A stretch of 64,000 nt of DNA. Source: Nitrosopumilus sp. Its GTDB lineage: Archaea > Thermoproteota > Nitrososphaeria > Nitrososphaerales > Nitrosopumilaceae. The position numbers were made by a program, and so were the translations under genes. Positions 1-11,000 of this stretch are shown here, piece after piece; within the stretch, counting starts at the first letter, position 1; each line of letters starts with the position of its first letter. Location of the stretch: contig CBDBLO010000002.1 in assembly GCA_965207075.1 (NCBI GenBank), positions 1,088,001 to 1,152,000 of the forward strand, written 5' to 3'. A model generated the notes under the pieces. That model was not told where the DNA came from and searched no databases. It saw only the letters and a program-made list of their open reading frames with translations.

Positions 1-170
1 TTACTATGGATTTACATCCCCTTGCAACCGGGCGTAAACTCTACACCGTAGCCACACTTTGCACACGACGGGCGAACTCATACCATGCAGGACAAAAAAA
101 GCGTATGCCGCTAGACGAAAACCAGGATCAATGCTTTGCTAGGAGAGTCGCGCTGGTGTGATGGCTGGAC

Positions 171-3100
171 ATGACCACGACTGACTCGCTGCCCCAAGAC
201 CGTGCCCGGACTGTGCCTGCACGGAGCGCCCGTCTCTGCCTGCACGGGACGGCAGGATCGGCGGCGGCCCTTCGCTTGGCCGGATGCGGGATCCTCATTG
301 CGCTGCTATGTGCCGGCGTGGCGTTGCTTGCGACTGCGGGCCTTGCGCCGTCCCCGGGTGACGAACCAGCGCGGGTTTCGAGCGGCGCCGCCATGCATCC
401 TGATCATGCGTCTGCCCTGTTCGGGGCGGGGCGGACTACGACGACGACGATGGCCAATCCGGCAAACCTGGCGTTTGCCGCACACGACTCTCCCGTGACG
501 GGGAGCCTGGAGGTGGTGGCGCACATGAAGGACGGCGTTGACGGCTTCTTGGAGCTTCACGGCGCAAAAAACTCCATTGCATTCGGGATTGGCGGGGGCA
601 CGTACGCTGCAATCGCGGCCGACAGGGATAACGGCATCCAGATGGTGGATGTCACCGACCCGGCCAACCCTGTGGCCATCGCGCACGTCCGGGACAGCGA
701 CACCCGCGCGCTTGAAGGGGTCCGGGAGATGGACACGTTTGAGGTGGACGGCAGGACGTACCTGGTGGCCGTCTCAAAGTATGAAGGCGTCCAGATAATC
801 GACGTCACGGACCCCCGCAACCCCGCCGCGGCAGGATATCTGCTGGACAATGCCTGGAGAAGCCTTGGCGGGGCAGGCGACGTGGCCACCTTCGCGGTGG
901 ACGGGGAGATCTACGCGGCAGTGCCCGCCTCGCTTGACCACGCGCTCCAGATAGTCAACCTGACAGACCCACTCAACCCGGCCCTGGCCGGACGCCTCAT
1001 AGACGACTCCAGCTTGGAGCTGGGAGGCGCGCTTGGCGTTGACGTCTTTGATGCAGGCGGCAGCACCTATGCGATAGTCACCGGAAAGAAAGACAACGGC
1101 ATCCAGATAGTCAACGTCACCGACCCGTACAACCCGACCGCGGCAGGCCGCCTAGCCGACAGCGCCGCGCTGGAGCTCTACCACGCATTCGACGTTGCCG
1201 TGTTCGTGGTAAACCAGAGCACCTACGCGGTGGTTGCCGGATACGAGGACTATGGCATCCAGGTGATCGACATCAGCGACCCGTACAGGCCTGTCGCGGC
1301 GGGACGCATCTCGGATCCCAACGGGTGGATGATGTACGTCCAGGTTGACACCTTTACGGCAGGCGGCCACCCTTACGCGCTTCTGGCATCGTATGACGGC
1401 GCACACCTCCACCTAGTGGACCTCTCCGATCCGTACAGCCCCGCCGAGCTGGCCTCCATCCGGCCCCCGGAATACCGCAAGGGGTTCGCGGCCGAAGTGT
1501 TTGGGGTGGGCGGCAGCCTGTATGCGCTGACCACTAGCACCATCGAAGATTCCGCATACATAGTGGGGATTAACATGAGCGTGGACCTGCCGCCCGGACT
1601 CGTCCCCAACCCGCCGGCAACTACATACGTACGGGCCGGTTCTGCCTATGAGGACGCCGGCGCCACCTGCACCGACGAGGCAGACGGCGACCTCACCGGC
1701 CAGGTGCGGGCCGTCTCGACTGTAAACTTCGCCATTCCGGGCGTCTACACCGTCACCTACGCGTGCTCGGACTCGGCCGGCAACGAGGCCACGGCCGTCC
1801 GGACCGTGACGGTGGCCGAGGCAGGCCCCGCCGCGACCCCGGAGGGCGCGCCTGCCATCACCGTACTGGGCGCCGACCCTGCCGCGGTGGCCGTCGGGGA
1901 CGCCTACTCTGATGCCGGCGCCACCTGCGTTGACGAGGCAGACGGCGACCTCACCGGCCAGGTGCGCGCCGCCTCCGGGGTCAACGTCTACGCGAGCGGC
2001 AACTACACCGTCACCTACGCGTGCTCGGACTCGGACGGCAACGAGGCCACGGCAGTCCGGACCGTGACGGTGACTGATACTGACGCCCCCGACATTGCAC
2101 TCGTCGGCGGCGCAACGGTCAGGCTGTACGCCGGGGACCCCTATACGGACGAGGGCGCCACCTGCATCGACGAGGTGGAAGGCGACCTGGAAGACTACGT
2201 GGCAGCCACCGGAGAGGTTGACACGGCAACGGCCGGCCTGTACACGGTAACCTATACATGTTCGGACTCTGCCGGCAACGAGGCCACCACCTCCCGGACA
2301 GTCGACGTGCTTGAGCCGATCCATCTGATAGCCGACGGCGTGGGCAACTTCACCGAGCTTGACGGCGCCGAGGACGTGGCCGTCTTCAGTAGGGACGGCG
2401 GCACGTACGCGGTCATCGCGGCCTACCACGACGACGGCGTCCAGGTGGTGGACCTGAGCGGCCCGGCCCGGCCCGTCGCGGCAGGCAGCCTCTCTGATGG
2501 CGCCTCCACGGAGCTTGACGGGGCGCGCGGCGTGGCCGTCTTCAGTAGGGACGGCGGCACCTACGCGGTCGTCGCGGCCTACCACGACGACGGCGTCCAG
2601 GTGGTGGACCTGAGCGACCCGGCCCGGCCCGTCGCGGCGGGCAGCCTCTCTGATGGCGCCTCCACGGAGCTTGACGGGGCGCGCGGCGTGGCCGTCTTCA
2701 GTAGGGACGGCGGCACCTACGCGGTCGTCACGGGGTACCTTGATGACGGCGTCCAGATAGTCAACGTCACCGACCCGGCCAACCCGGTCGCGGCGGGCAG
2801 CCTCTCAGATGATGCCTCCACGGAGCTTGACGGGGCGGCAGGCGTGGCCGTCTTCAATAGGGACGGCGGCACCTACGCCGTCGTCGCGGCCTACCGCGAC
2901 GACGGCGTCCAGATAGTCAACGTCACCGACCCGGCCAACCCGGCCGCGGCGGGGCGCGCCCGCGACGGCCAGGGCCTGCACCTTGACGGCGCGATGGGGG
3001 TGGCCGTCTTTGAGCGCAGATACAACACCCACGCGGTAGTCACCACGTTTATGGACAACACCGTGCAGATAGTCAGGGTTACGGATCCCTCCCAGCCCAG

Positions 3101-6100
3101 CGGCGCGGGGCACATAGCCTACCCTAGCGGCCTCATCCTCGGCCTGGACGGCGTTGACGTCTATGAGGGCAGCGGCGGCAGCGCCCATGCTGTCATCGCG
3201 CAGAACATGCACAGCGGCGTCCAGGTGGTGGACGTCTCGGCGCCATACAAGCCGGCCCTCCTGGGGACCACCCACGACGACACCCACCTCAAGCTGGCCG
3301 GCGCCCAGGATGCGGCCACGTTCAGCGTCGGCGGCAGGGTCTACGCGATAGTCACGGCCTTTGATGACGACGGCGCCCACGTGTTATCGATAGACGCCGC
3401 AACCCCCGCGCCCGCGCCCCCGGTAATCACGCTCAACGGGGCGTCTCCGGTCCGGATAACTGTAGGTTCCGACTATGGCGCCGACGCCGGGGCCACCTGC
3501 GTTGACGAGGCAGACGGCGACATCACCGGCCGCATGCAGGTCGCCTCGACAGTCGATACGGACGTCCCGGGAAGCTACACCGTCACATACACGTGCATCG
3601 GCTCGTCCGGCCAGGCCGCAACCGCCGTCCGGGAGGTCCGGGTGGAGGGTGCCGCGGCGCCTGCCTTCCTCTCAGCCTCGTACTCGGCCGGCAACGGCAC
3701 GCTTGCGGTCGCCTTTGACATGCCGGTCAACTCGACGGTCCACCTGGACCGCCTGCACGTGCGCGATGCGGGGCAGTCCTCCGGCGGCACCGCGCTGGAG
3801 GGGGCCGCCGCCTGGTCGGTGTCGGGACCGACACTGGACGTGAGCCTGACCGCCACCCAGACGGCCGCCGTTGCAGGCCTGGCAGTCCCGCAGCTGGACA
3901 TAGGCCAGGACGCCGTATTCAGCGCGGCCGGCGCCGGGATAGCGGCCGCGCCGGACAGGCCCATCCTGGTCGACGGGAACGGCACGGCGTCCGACGACGA
4001 GCCGCCCACCCGGAGCTTTGCCGCCGTGCTGGATCCGCCCGCCCCCCTCGGCTCCAGAGACATCGGCAGGATCACCCTGAACAGCTCCGTCCCCGGGACC
4101 ATCCAGGCGACCTGGGAGGAGCCTTCCGAGGATCCGGCCAACTACCGCATCGTGTGGGCCAAGGTCGGCGAGCCCTTCAAGACGTGGACAGACCCGTCCG
4201 GCAACGCCTTCCCGACTGCCCCCTCCCATACCATCACCGGCCTGGAAGGGGGCGAGCAGTACAAGGTGAAGATTCGCGCCTCATACGCCGGGACGAGCGG
4301 CGGCTGGAGCGGCGAGCTGGCCGTCACCGTCGCGGAGTCGGCGCCTGCCAACCGCCCCCCGGCCGTCGACGCCGGCCCCGACCGGACCGTCCAAAAAGGG
4401 GAGACTGTCACGCTGTCTGGCACCGCCACCGACCCGGACGGTGATCCGATGGCCTATGTGTGGACCTCGGACCGGCCCGGCCTGTCCGTCTCGGGAGGCC
4501 GCACCCTCTCGCCCTCGTTTGCCGCCGCCGGGGCATCCTCGGACACCACCATCACCTTTACCCTGACGGCCACCGACCCGCACAACGCCACCGGCTCGGA
4601 CACCGTGGCCGTCACCGTCCTGAACGCGGACTCCCCGCCCCGGAACATAGTCGTGCTGGAGCCCCCCGGCACACAGGGCCCCCGTGACATAGGCACCATC
4701 ACGCTCAACGGCTCCCTGCCCGGGACCATCCAGGCGACGTGGGCTGGGCCTTCCGTGGATCCGGCCGACTACCGCATCATATGGGCAAAGTCAGGCGACC
4801 CCTACAAGACGTGGACCGACCCGTCCGGCAACGCCTTCCCGGCGGAACCGTCCCACACGATCACGGGGCTCGAGGAGGGCGAGGAGTACAAGGTAAAGAT
4901 ACGCGCCCGGTACGGCCCCGACGGTTCGGGCGGCTGGAGCGGCCAGGCTGCCATCACAGTCGCGGCGTCCCAGCCGGCCAGCCCGCCCCCCGCAGACCGC
5001 CATGGCCCCTTTGTCACCACCTGGAAGACCACCTCCCCGGGCGAGTCGATTACCATCCCGGTGGGGGGCGCCCCTGGCACCTACACGGTAGACTGGGGTG
5101 ACGGGACCGTGTCTGCAAACGTGACCGGCAGCCAGATACACGCGTACGACGCCCCCGGGACCCACACCGTCAGCATATCCGGCAACTTTGAGAAGATATA
5201 CCTCAACGGGCAGCCAAACGCAGAGAAGCTCCAGTCCATAGAGCAGTGGGGCGACGTGGGCTGGACGTCGATGAACTCGGCGTTTGAGGGGGCCTCAAAG
5301 ATGGTCTACCGCGCAACCGACACGCCGGACCTTTCGGCAGTGACCGACATGTCTGAGATGTTCCACGACGCGTCCTCCTTTGACGGCGACATCTCAGGCT
5401 GGGACGTCTCCTCCGTGACTGACATGCAGTGGATGTTCCACGGCGCCTCCTCCTTCAACCAGAACCTCTCCTCATGGGACGTCTCCTCCGTGACTGACAT
5501 GTCGCGCATGTTCTCCCTGGCCTACAACTTCAACGGCGACGTCTCAGGCTGGGACGTCTCCTCCGTGACTGACATGGGCACAATGTTCAGCCAGACCCCC
5601 TTTGACGGCGACATATCCGGCTGGGACGTCTCCTCCGTCACCGACATGCACTCCATGTTCTCATTTGCCGCCTCCTTTGACGGCGACGTATCCGGCTGGG
5701 ACGTCTCCTCCGTCACCGACATGCACACGATGTTCTCCGGAGCTAGATCCTTTGACGGCGACATCTCAGGCTGGGACGTCTCCTCCGCGACCAACACGTT
5801 TAGGATGTTCTTTGGCGCCTCCTCCTTCAACCAGAACCTCTCCTCGTGGGACGTCTCCTCTGCGACCAACCTGCGGGGGATGTTCTACGAGGCCTCCTCC
5901 TTTGACGGCGACATATCCGGCTGGGACGTCTCCTCTGCCACCGACGTCTCCAGAATGTTTGCGCATGCCGCCTCCTTTGACGGCGACATATCCGGCTGGG
6001 ACGTCTCCTCCGTCACCGACATGCACGCGATGTTCTACGAGGCCTCCTCCTTTGACGGCGACATATCCGGCTGGGACGTCTCCTCCGTCACCGACATGCA

Positions 6101-7505
6101 CGATATGTTCTACAACGCCGCCTCCTTTGACGGCGACATCTCCGGATGGGACGTCTCCTCCGCGACCAACATGAGCGGCATGTTCGAGGGCGCCAACTCC
6201 TTTGGCCAAAACCTGGGGAACTGGTACGTCGTCCTCGATGCCGTCCAGACCGTCGGCCAGGACGGGGAGATAGGAAGCATATCCGCGCAAAACCCGTTCC
6301 TTGGCAGCCACAGGCCCGCATACGGACTGGGCTCGGGCCATGACTCTGGCTCCTTTGAGATAACCGACGGCTCCGTACTAAAGCTCAAGACCCCCTACGA
6401 CGCCGCAAGAGACCCGTACGTAGTGACCGTAACGTCTACCGGATACTTTGGCACCCACAACTTCCGCATATTTGAGATCACGCTTGCCGCAACTGGGACG
6501 AACGACACCTCTGTCACGGTGCGGGACGTTACCGACGATCTGAGGCCGTCCACGGTGGTGCTGGGACCCAAGGAAGCGCCCAACTCCCGCGACATAGGAA
6601 CCATCACCCTGACCAGCCTCCAGCCCGGCACCATTGAGGCATCATGGGCGGAACCCGCAGACACGCCTGCAGACTACCGTATAGCGTGGGCAAAGTCCGG
6701 CGAGCCCTACAAGACGTGGACCGACCTGTCGGGCAACGCCTTCCCGACGGAACCGTCCTATACGATCACGGGGCTCGAGGGGGGCGAGGGGTACAAGGTA
6801 CAGATAGTAGCCCGGTACGGTCCGGGCAGTTCGGGCGACTGGAGCGGGGCCGCAGTAATCATCGTCCGGGCTTCCCACTCCGACAATCCGCCGGCCGTAG
6901 ATGCCGGGACAGACCAGGCAGTACGCGAGGGCGACACCGTCACACTGCGCGGCACGGCGTCAGACCCCGACGGCGACGCGATGACCTACCTGTGGACGCA
7001 CGACATGCAGGGCCTTGGAATATCGCTTGGCAACGCGACGGCCCTTTCAACCACGTTTGCCGCGCCCAGTGTGGACTCTGAGGCCGCCGTGACGTTTACG
7101 CTTACCGCAACTGACGAGAACGGCGCCGCCGGGTCCGACACCGTGACCGTCACGGTACGGGACGCTCCAAGCGATCCGCCTGCAAACGTGGTCGTTCTGG
7201 AGCCCATCGGCACCCAGGGCCCCCGCGACATAGGCACCATCACGCTCAACGGCTCCCTGCCCGGGACCATCCAGGCGACGTGGGAGGGGCCCTCGGAGGA
7301 TCCCGCGAACTACCGCATCATGTGGGCCAAGGTCGGCGAGCCCTACAAGACGTGGGCCGACCCGTCGGGCAACGCGTTCCCGACTGCCCCCGCCCATGCC
7401 ATCACCGGCCTGGAGGGGGGCGAGCAGTACAAGGTCAAGGTGCGCGCCTCCTATGCCGGCACCGCGGGGGGCTGGAGCGGCGAGCTGGCCATCACCGTGC
7501 GATGA
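171..7505 (+). CDS. Giant modular surface protein: N-terminal hydrophobic segment, two LVIVD-type repeat blocks, DUF5011-like Ig domains, 4 FN3-like modules, PKD-like domains, 11 DUF285/BspA-type repeats
   Basis: 2444-aa ORF with repeats GVQIVNVTDPANP, GATCxDExDGDLT, RDIGxITL...YKVK, DAGPDxTV and FDGDISGWDVSSVTDMxxMF. Exact start uncertain. Confidence 0.85.
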   Translation: MTTTDSLPQDRARTVPARSARLCLHGTAGSAAALRLAGCGILIALLCAGVALLATAGLAPSPGDEPARVSSGAAMHPDHASALFGAGRTTTTTMANPANLAFAAHDSPVTGSLEVVAHMKDGVDGFLELHGAKNSIAFGIGGGTYAAIAADRDNGIQMVDVTDPANPVAIAHVRDSDTRALEGVREMDTFEVDGRTYLVAVSKYEGVQIIDVTDPRNPAAAGYLLDNAWRSLGGAGDVATFAVDGEIYAAVPASLDHALQIVNLTDPLNPALAGRLIDDSSLELGGALGVDVFDAGGSTYAIVTGKKDNGIQIVNVTDPYNPTAAGRLADSAALELYHAFDVAVFVVNQSTYAVVAGYEDYGIQVIDISDPYRPVAAGRISDPNGWMMYVQVDTFTAGGHPYALLASYDGAHLHLVDLSDPYSPAELASIRPPEYRKGFAAEVFGVGGSLYALTTSTIEDSAYIVGINMSVDLPPGLVPNPPATTYVRAGSAYEDAGATCTDEADGDLTGQVRAVSTVNFAIPGVYTVTYACSDSAGNEATAVRTVTVAEAGPAATPEGAPAITVLGADPAAVAVGDAYSDAGATCVDEADGDLTGQVRAASGVNVYASGNYTVTYACSDSDGNEATAVRTVTVTDTDAPDIALVGGATVRLYAGDPYTDEGATCIDEVEGDLEDYVAATGEVDTATAGLYTVTYTCSDSAGNEATTSRTVDVLEPIHLIADGVGNFTELDGAEDVAVFSRDGGTYAVIAAYHDDGVQVVDLSGPARPVAAGSLSDGASTELDGARGVAVFSRDGGTYAVVAAYHDDGVQVVDLSDPARPVAAGSLSDGASTELDGARGVAVFSRDGGTYAVVTGYLDDGVQIVNVTDPANPVAAGSLSDDASTELDGAAGVAVFNRDGGTYAVVAAYRDDGVQIVNVTDPANPAAAGRARDGQGLHLDGAMGVAVFERRYNTHAVVTTFMDNTVQIVRVTDPSQPSGAGHIAYPSGLILGLDGVDVYEGSGGSAHAVIAQNMHSGVQVVDVSAPYKPALLGTTHDDTHLKLAGAQDAATFSVGGRVYAIVTAFDDDGAHVLSIDAATPAPAPPVITLNGASPVRITVGSDYGADAGATCVDEADGDITGRMQVASTVDTDVPGSYTVTYTCIGSSGQAATAVREVRVEGAAAPAFLSASYSAGNGTLAVAFDMPVNSTVHLDRLHVRDAGQSSGGTALEGAAAWSVSGPTLDVSLTATQTAAVAGLAVPQLDIGQDAVFSAAGAGIAAAPDRPILVDGNGTASDDEPPTRSFAAVLDPPAPLGSRDIGRITLNSSVPGTIQATWEEPSEDPANYRIVWAKVGEPFKTWTDPSGNAFPTAPSHTITGLEGGEQYKVKIRASYAGTSGGWSGELAVTVAESAPANRPPAVDAGPDRTVQKGETVTLSGTATDPDGDPMAYVWTSDRPGLSVSGGRTLSPSFAAAGASSDTTITFTLTATDPHNATGSDTVAVTVLNADSPPRNIVVLEPPGTQGPRDIGTITLNGSLPGTIQATWAGPSVDPADYRIIWAKSGDPYKTWTDPSGNAFPAEPSHTITGLEEGEEYKVKIRARYGPDGSGGWSGQAAITVAASQPASPPPADRHGPFVTTWKTTSPGESITIPVGGAPGTYTVDWGDGTVSANVTGSQIHAYDAPGTHTVSISGNFEKIYLNGQPNAEKLQSIEQWGDVGWTSMNSAFEGASKMVYRATDTPDLSAVTDMSEMFHDASSFDGDISGWDVSSVTDMQWMFHGASSFNQNLSSWDVSSVTDMSRMFSLAYNFNGDVSGWDVSSVTDMGTMFSQTPFDGDISGWDVSSVTDMHSMFSFAASFDGDVSGWDVSSVTDMHTMFSGARSFDGDISGWDVSSATNTFRMFFGASSFNQNLSSWDVSSATNLRGMFYEASSFDGDISGWDVSSATDVSRMFAHAASFDGDISGWDVSSVTDMHAMFYEASSFDGDISGWDVSSVTDMHDMFYNAASFDGDISGWDVSSATNMSGMFEGANSFGQNLGNWYVVLDAVQTVGQDGEIGSISAQNPFLGSHRPAYGLGSGHDSGSFEITDGSVLKLKTPYDAARDPYVVTVTSTGYFGTHNFRIFEITLAATGTNDTSVTVRDVTDDLRPSTVVLGPKEAPNSRDIGTITLTSLQPGTIEASWAEPADTPADYRIAWAKSGEPYKTWTDLSGNAFPTEPSYTITGLEGGEGYKVQIVARYGPGSSGDWSGAAVIIVRASHSDNPPAVDAGTDQAVREGDTVTLRGTASDPDGDAMTYLWTHDMQGLGISLGNATALSTTFAAPSVDSEAAVTFTLTATDENGAAGSDTVTVTVRDAPSDPPANVVVLEPIGTQGPRDIGTITLNGSLPGTIQATWEGPSEDPANYRIMWAKVGEPYKTWADPSGNAFPTAPAHAITGLEGGEQYKVKVRASYAGTAGGWSGELAITVR
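5330..6200 (+). repeat. Coding tandem repeat, ~75-bp (25-aa) DUF285-type units
   Basis: tgggacgtctcctc recurs about every 75 bp; 11 WDVSS motifs. Confidence 0.9.
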
Positions 7506-8041
7506 CCCTCACGCGCGTGGCGCGCGGAGGCCTCCGGAGCGCCGCCCGGCGAGGGGCGCCGGACTGGTGCCATGACTGCAGACTGCTGCGCTGGGCGATC
7601 TTTGCGCCCGCGTCTTGCAATTCTTGGAGGACGGGCGGCGCTGTCCCGCCTTGCAGATTTGCTCCCCAATCTCAGTTAACCGCACCCGGCAGTCAAGGCG
7701 CGACGTCACGGGGGATCGCGATGACATCCGGGGAGACCGGGCACGCCATGGGGGCGGCCCGGCGCGCGTGCGGGCGCGCTATGCGCCGTGTCGCGGCGCT
7801 CCGAGAGGCAGTCGGGCAGGCCGGGGGCGGCGCCCGGGCCACGAGGCGCCCGGCCGGCCTTGCCGCGCGCGCCCCCACGCGGCGGCGCTAGGTCAAAAAC
7901 GCGCGCGAGGAGGCCGTCCGGCCGATGCAAGGTCCGCGTGAATCCATGCGCCGCCGCCTGCTGTTGCATACTTAATAAACATAATCGAGTCACCGATCGC
8001 ATGTTCCGTATTCGGATAGCCGCGCCACCCGGTGGCGTGAT

Positions 8042-11000
8042 ATGACTGCCAAGGTGCTGCGGACAGCCGTGACAGCGGCGGCCCTGCTGGCGGTAGCGGT
8101 TCTGGGGATGGAGCAGCCCTACTGGCACGGCCTGACGTGGGAGGCCGACCCGTCCCACCCGGACACGCCGGCTCCCGGATGGCATGCGCTAGCGCAGGTC
8201 GTCCAGACGCTGGTTCTGAGCCCGACTGACCGGATCACCGACACCGGCAGCCTCGAGCTTGACGGCGCCCGCGGCATAGCCATCTTCGAGATAGGCGAGC
8301 GCACCTACGCGGCCGTCGCGGCCTACTACGACGACGGCGTCCAGATACTTGACCTGACCGACCCCGGCAACATCAGTGCAACCGACCAGATCGACGACAC
8401 CGACAGCCTCGAGCTTGACGGCGCGGCCGACATTGACATCTTCGAGATAGGCGAGCGCACCTACGCGGCCGTCGCGGCCTACTACGACGACGGCGTCCAG
8501 ATACTTGACCTGACCGACCCCGGCAACATCAGGGCGGCAGGCCAGATAACCGACACCATTCGCCTCGAGCTTTACGGCGCCCGCGGCATCGACACCTTCG
8601 AGATGGACGGGCGCACCTACGCGGTCGTCGCCGGACACAAGGACCACGGCGTCCAGATACTTAACCTGACCGACCCCGGCAACATCAGCGCAACCGACCA
8701 GATCGACGACACCGACAGCCTCGAGCTTTACGGCGCCCGCGGCATAGCCACCTTCGAGATGGGCGGGCGCACCTACGCGGCCGTCTCGGGACTCAAGGAG
8801 GGCGGCATCCAGATGCTCGACCTGACCGACCCCGGCAACGCCGTGGCAATCGGGCGGATCACCGGCGATGGCGTCCGCGATCTTGTAGGCCCTGCCGAGA
8901 TCGCCACCTTCAAGATAGGCGAGCGCATCCACGCGGCCGTCGCAGACAACTACGGCAACAGCGTTCAGATACTTGACCTGAGCCAACCCGGCAAACCTGA
9001 ATGGTCCGGCCAGATCGGCGACACCGACAGCCTCGAGCTTTACCACGCAACCGGCATCACCACCTTCAAGATGGGCGAGCGCACCTACGCGGCCGCTGCC
9101 TCGTGGGGTGACAACGGCGTCCAGGTGCTCGACCTGACCGACCCCGACAACATCGGGGCAGTCGGCCAGATCACCGACACAGGCAGCCTCGAGCTTGGCG
9201 GCGCGCTAGACGTTGCCGTCTTCAAGACAGGCGGGCTCACATATGCGGCCGTCACGGGACACGACGATGACGGCGTCCAGATAATCGGCATGGCCGTGGA
9301 TCACCTGCCAGCCGCCGACGCCGGCCCCGACCAGACAGTCCTGGAGGGAGCCGCCGTCACCCTCCGCGCCACCGCCTCCGGCCCGGACGGCGACCCCCTG
9401 ACCTACGGCTGGTCCCACGACCACCCAACCCTGAACATAACACTGGCCGACCCGGCGGCCCTTGCGACCACCTTCACCGCCCCGCAGGTGTCCTCCAACA
9501 CCACCGTTACCTTTACCTTCACCGCCACCGACCCCCGTAACGCCACCGCCTCGGATGCCGTCACCATAACCATCCTGGACGCCCCCGCAAAGGAGCCGCC
9601 GCCGTCCCTGAACTTCACCGCCGTGCTGGAGCCAACCGGGACGCTGGGCCCACGCGACATCGGCAGGATAGCCCTGCTGAGTTCACAGCCGGGTACAATC
9701 AACGCCACCTGGGCGGAGCCCCGGGGTGCATCTGACGACCCTCCGGCCAACTACAGGATATCCTGGACCAAGGCCGGCGAGAGCTTCCTGCCCTGGACGG
9801 ACCCGGCCGGCAACGCCTACCCGACCGAGCCCTCCTACGACATCACGGGCCTGGAGGACGGCGAGCAGTACGAGGTGAAGGTGCGCGCCTCGTACTCCGG
9901 AAGGGCCGGGCCCTGGAGCGGCGAGCTGGCCATAACCGTCGCAGGGCCTGCTGCCGACAACCGCCCCCCGACCGCCGACGCCGGCCCCGACCGGACGGTC
10001 ATGGAGGGAGACGCCGTCACCCTCGACGCCATCGCATACGATCCCGACCCCGGCGACACCCTGACCTACGGCTGGTCCCACGATCGGCCCGGCCTGAACA
10101 TAACGCTGGCCGACCCGGCGGCCCTTGCGACCACCTTCACCGCCCCGCAGGTATCCTCCGACACCGCCCTCACCCTCACCCTGAGGATAACAGACGGGTA
10201 CGACGCCACGGCCTCGGATGCCGTCACCATAACCGTTTTGGATGCCCCCGCCGGCGATCCCGCGCGCGCGGGCCACTTTGTCACCACCTGGAGGACCACC
10301 GAGCCGGGCGAGTCGATAACCATCCCGGTGGGGGGCGCCTCGGGCACCTACACGGTCGACTGGGGTGACGGGACCGTCTCGGCCAACGTCACCGGGAGCC
10401 AGACGCACGCGTACGACGCCCCCGGAATCCACATAGTCGGCATATCCGGCGACTTTGCCCGGATATACCTCAACGGCCAGCAGCCCAACGCAAACAAGCT
10501 GGCGTCGATAGAGCAGTGGGGGGACGTGCGGTGGGAATCCATGAAGTCGGCGTTTGCCGGCGCCTCAAACATGGTCTACCGGGCGGCCGACGCCCCCGAC
10601 CTGTCCGGCGTAACCGACATGTACCGGACGTTCTCGGGCGCCTCCTCCTTTGACGGCGACCTCTCCGGATGGGACGTCTCCTCGGTGACCGACATGCAGC
10701 AGGCGTTCCGGCAAGCCTCCTCCTTTGACGGCGACCTCTCCGGATGGGACGTCTCCTCGGTGACCGACATGCACAGGATGTTCTCGGGCGCCACCTCATT
10801 CAACGGCGACCTCTCCGGATGGAACGTCTCCTCCGCAACCGACATGCAGCACATGTTTGATGGCGCGGACGCCTTTGATCAGAACCTGGGAAACTGGTAC
10901 ATCGTGCTTGACGGCCTGCAGGTCGGGGAAGCCGGCGGGACGGTCGGGACTATATCCGCGCAGAACGCGTTCCTTGCCGCCCAGGAGCCGACGTACGGGC

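Noticed and set aside
5330-6200. Diversity-generating retroelement behind the DUF285 variation
   Set aside because: No reverse transcriptase or non-coding template repeat in the window, and no adenine-specific pattern I could establish
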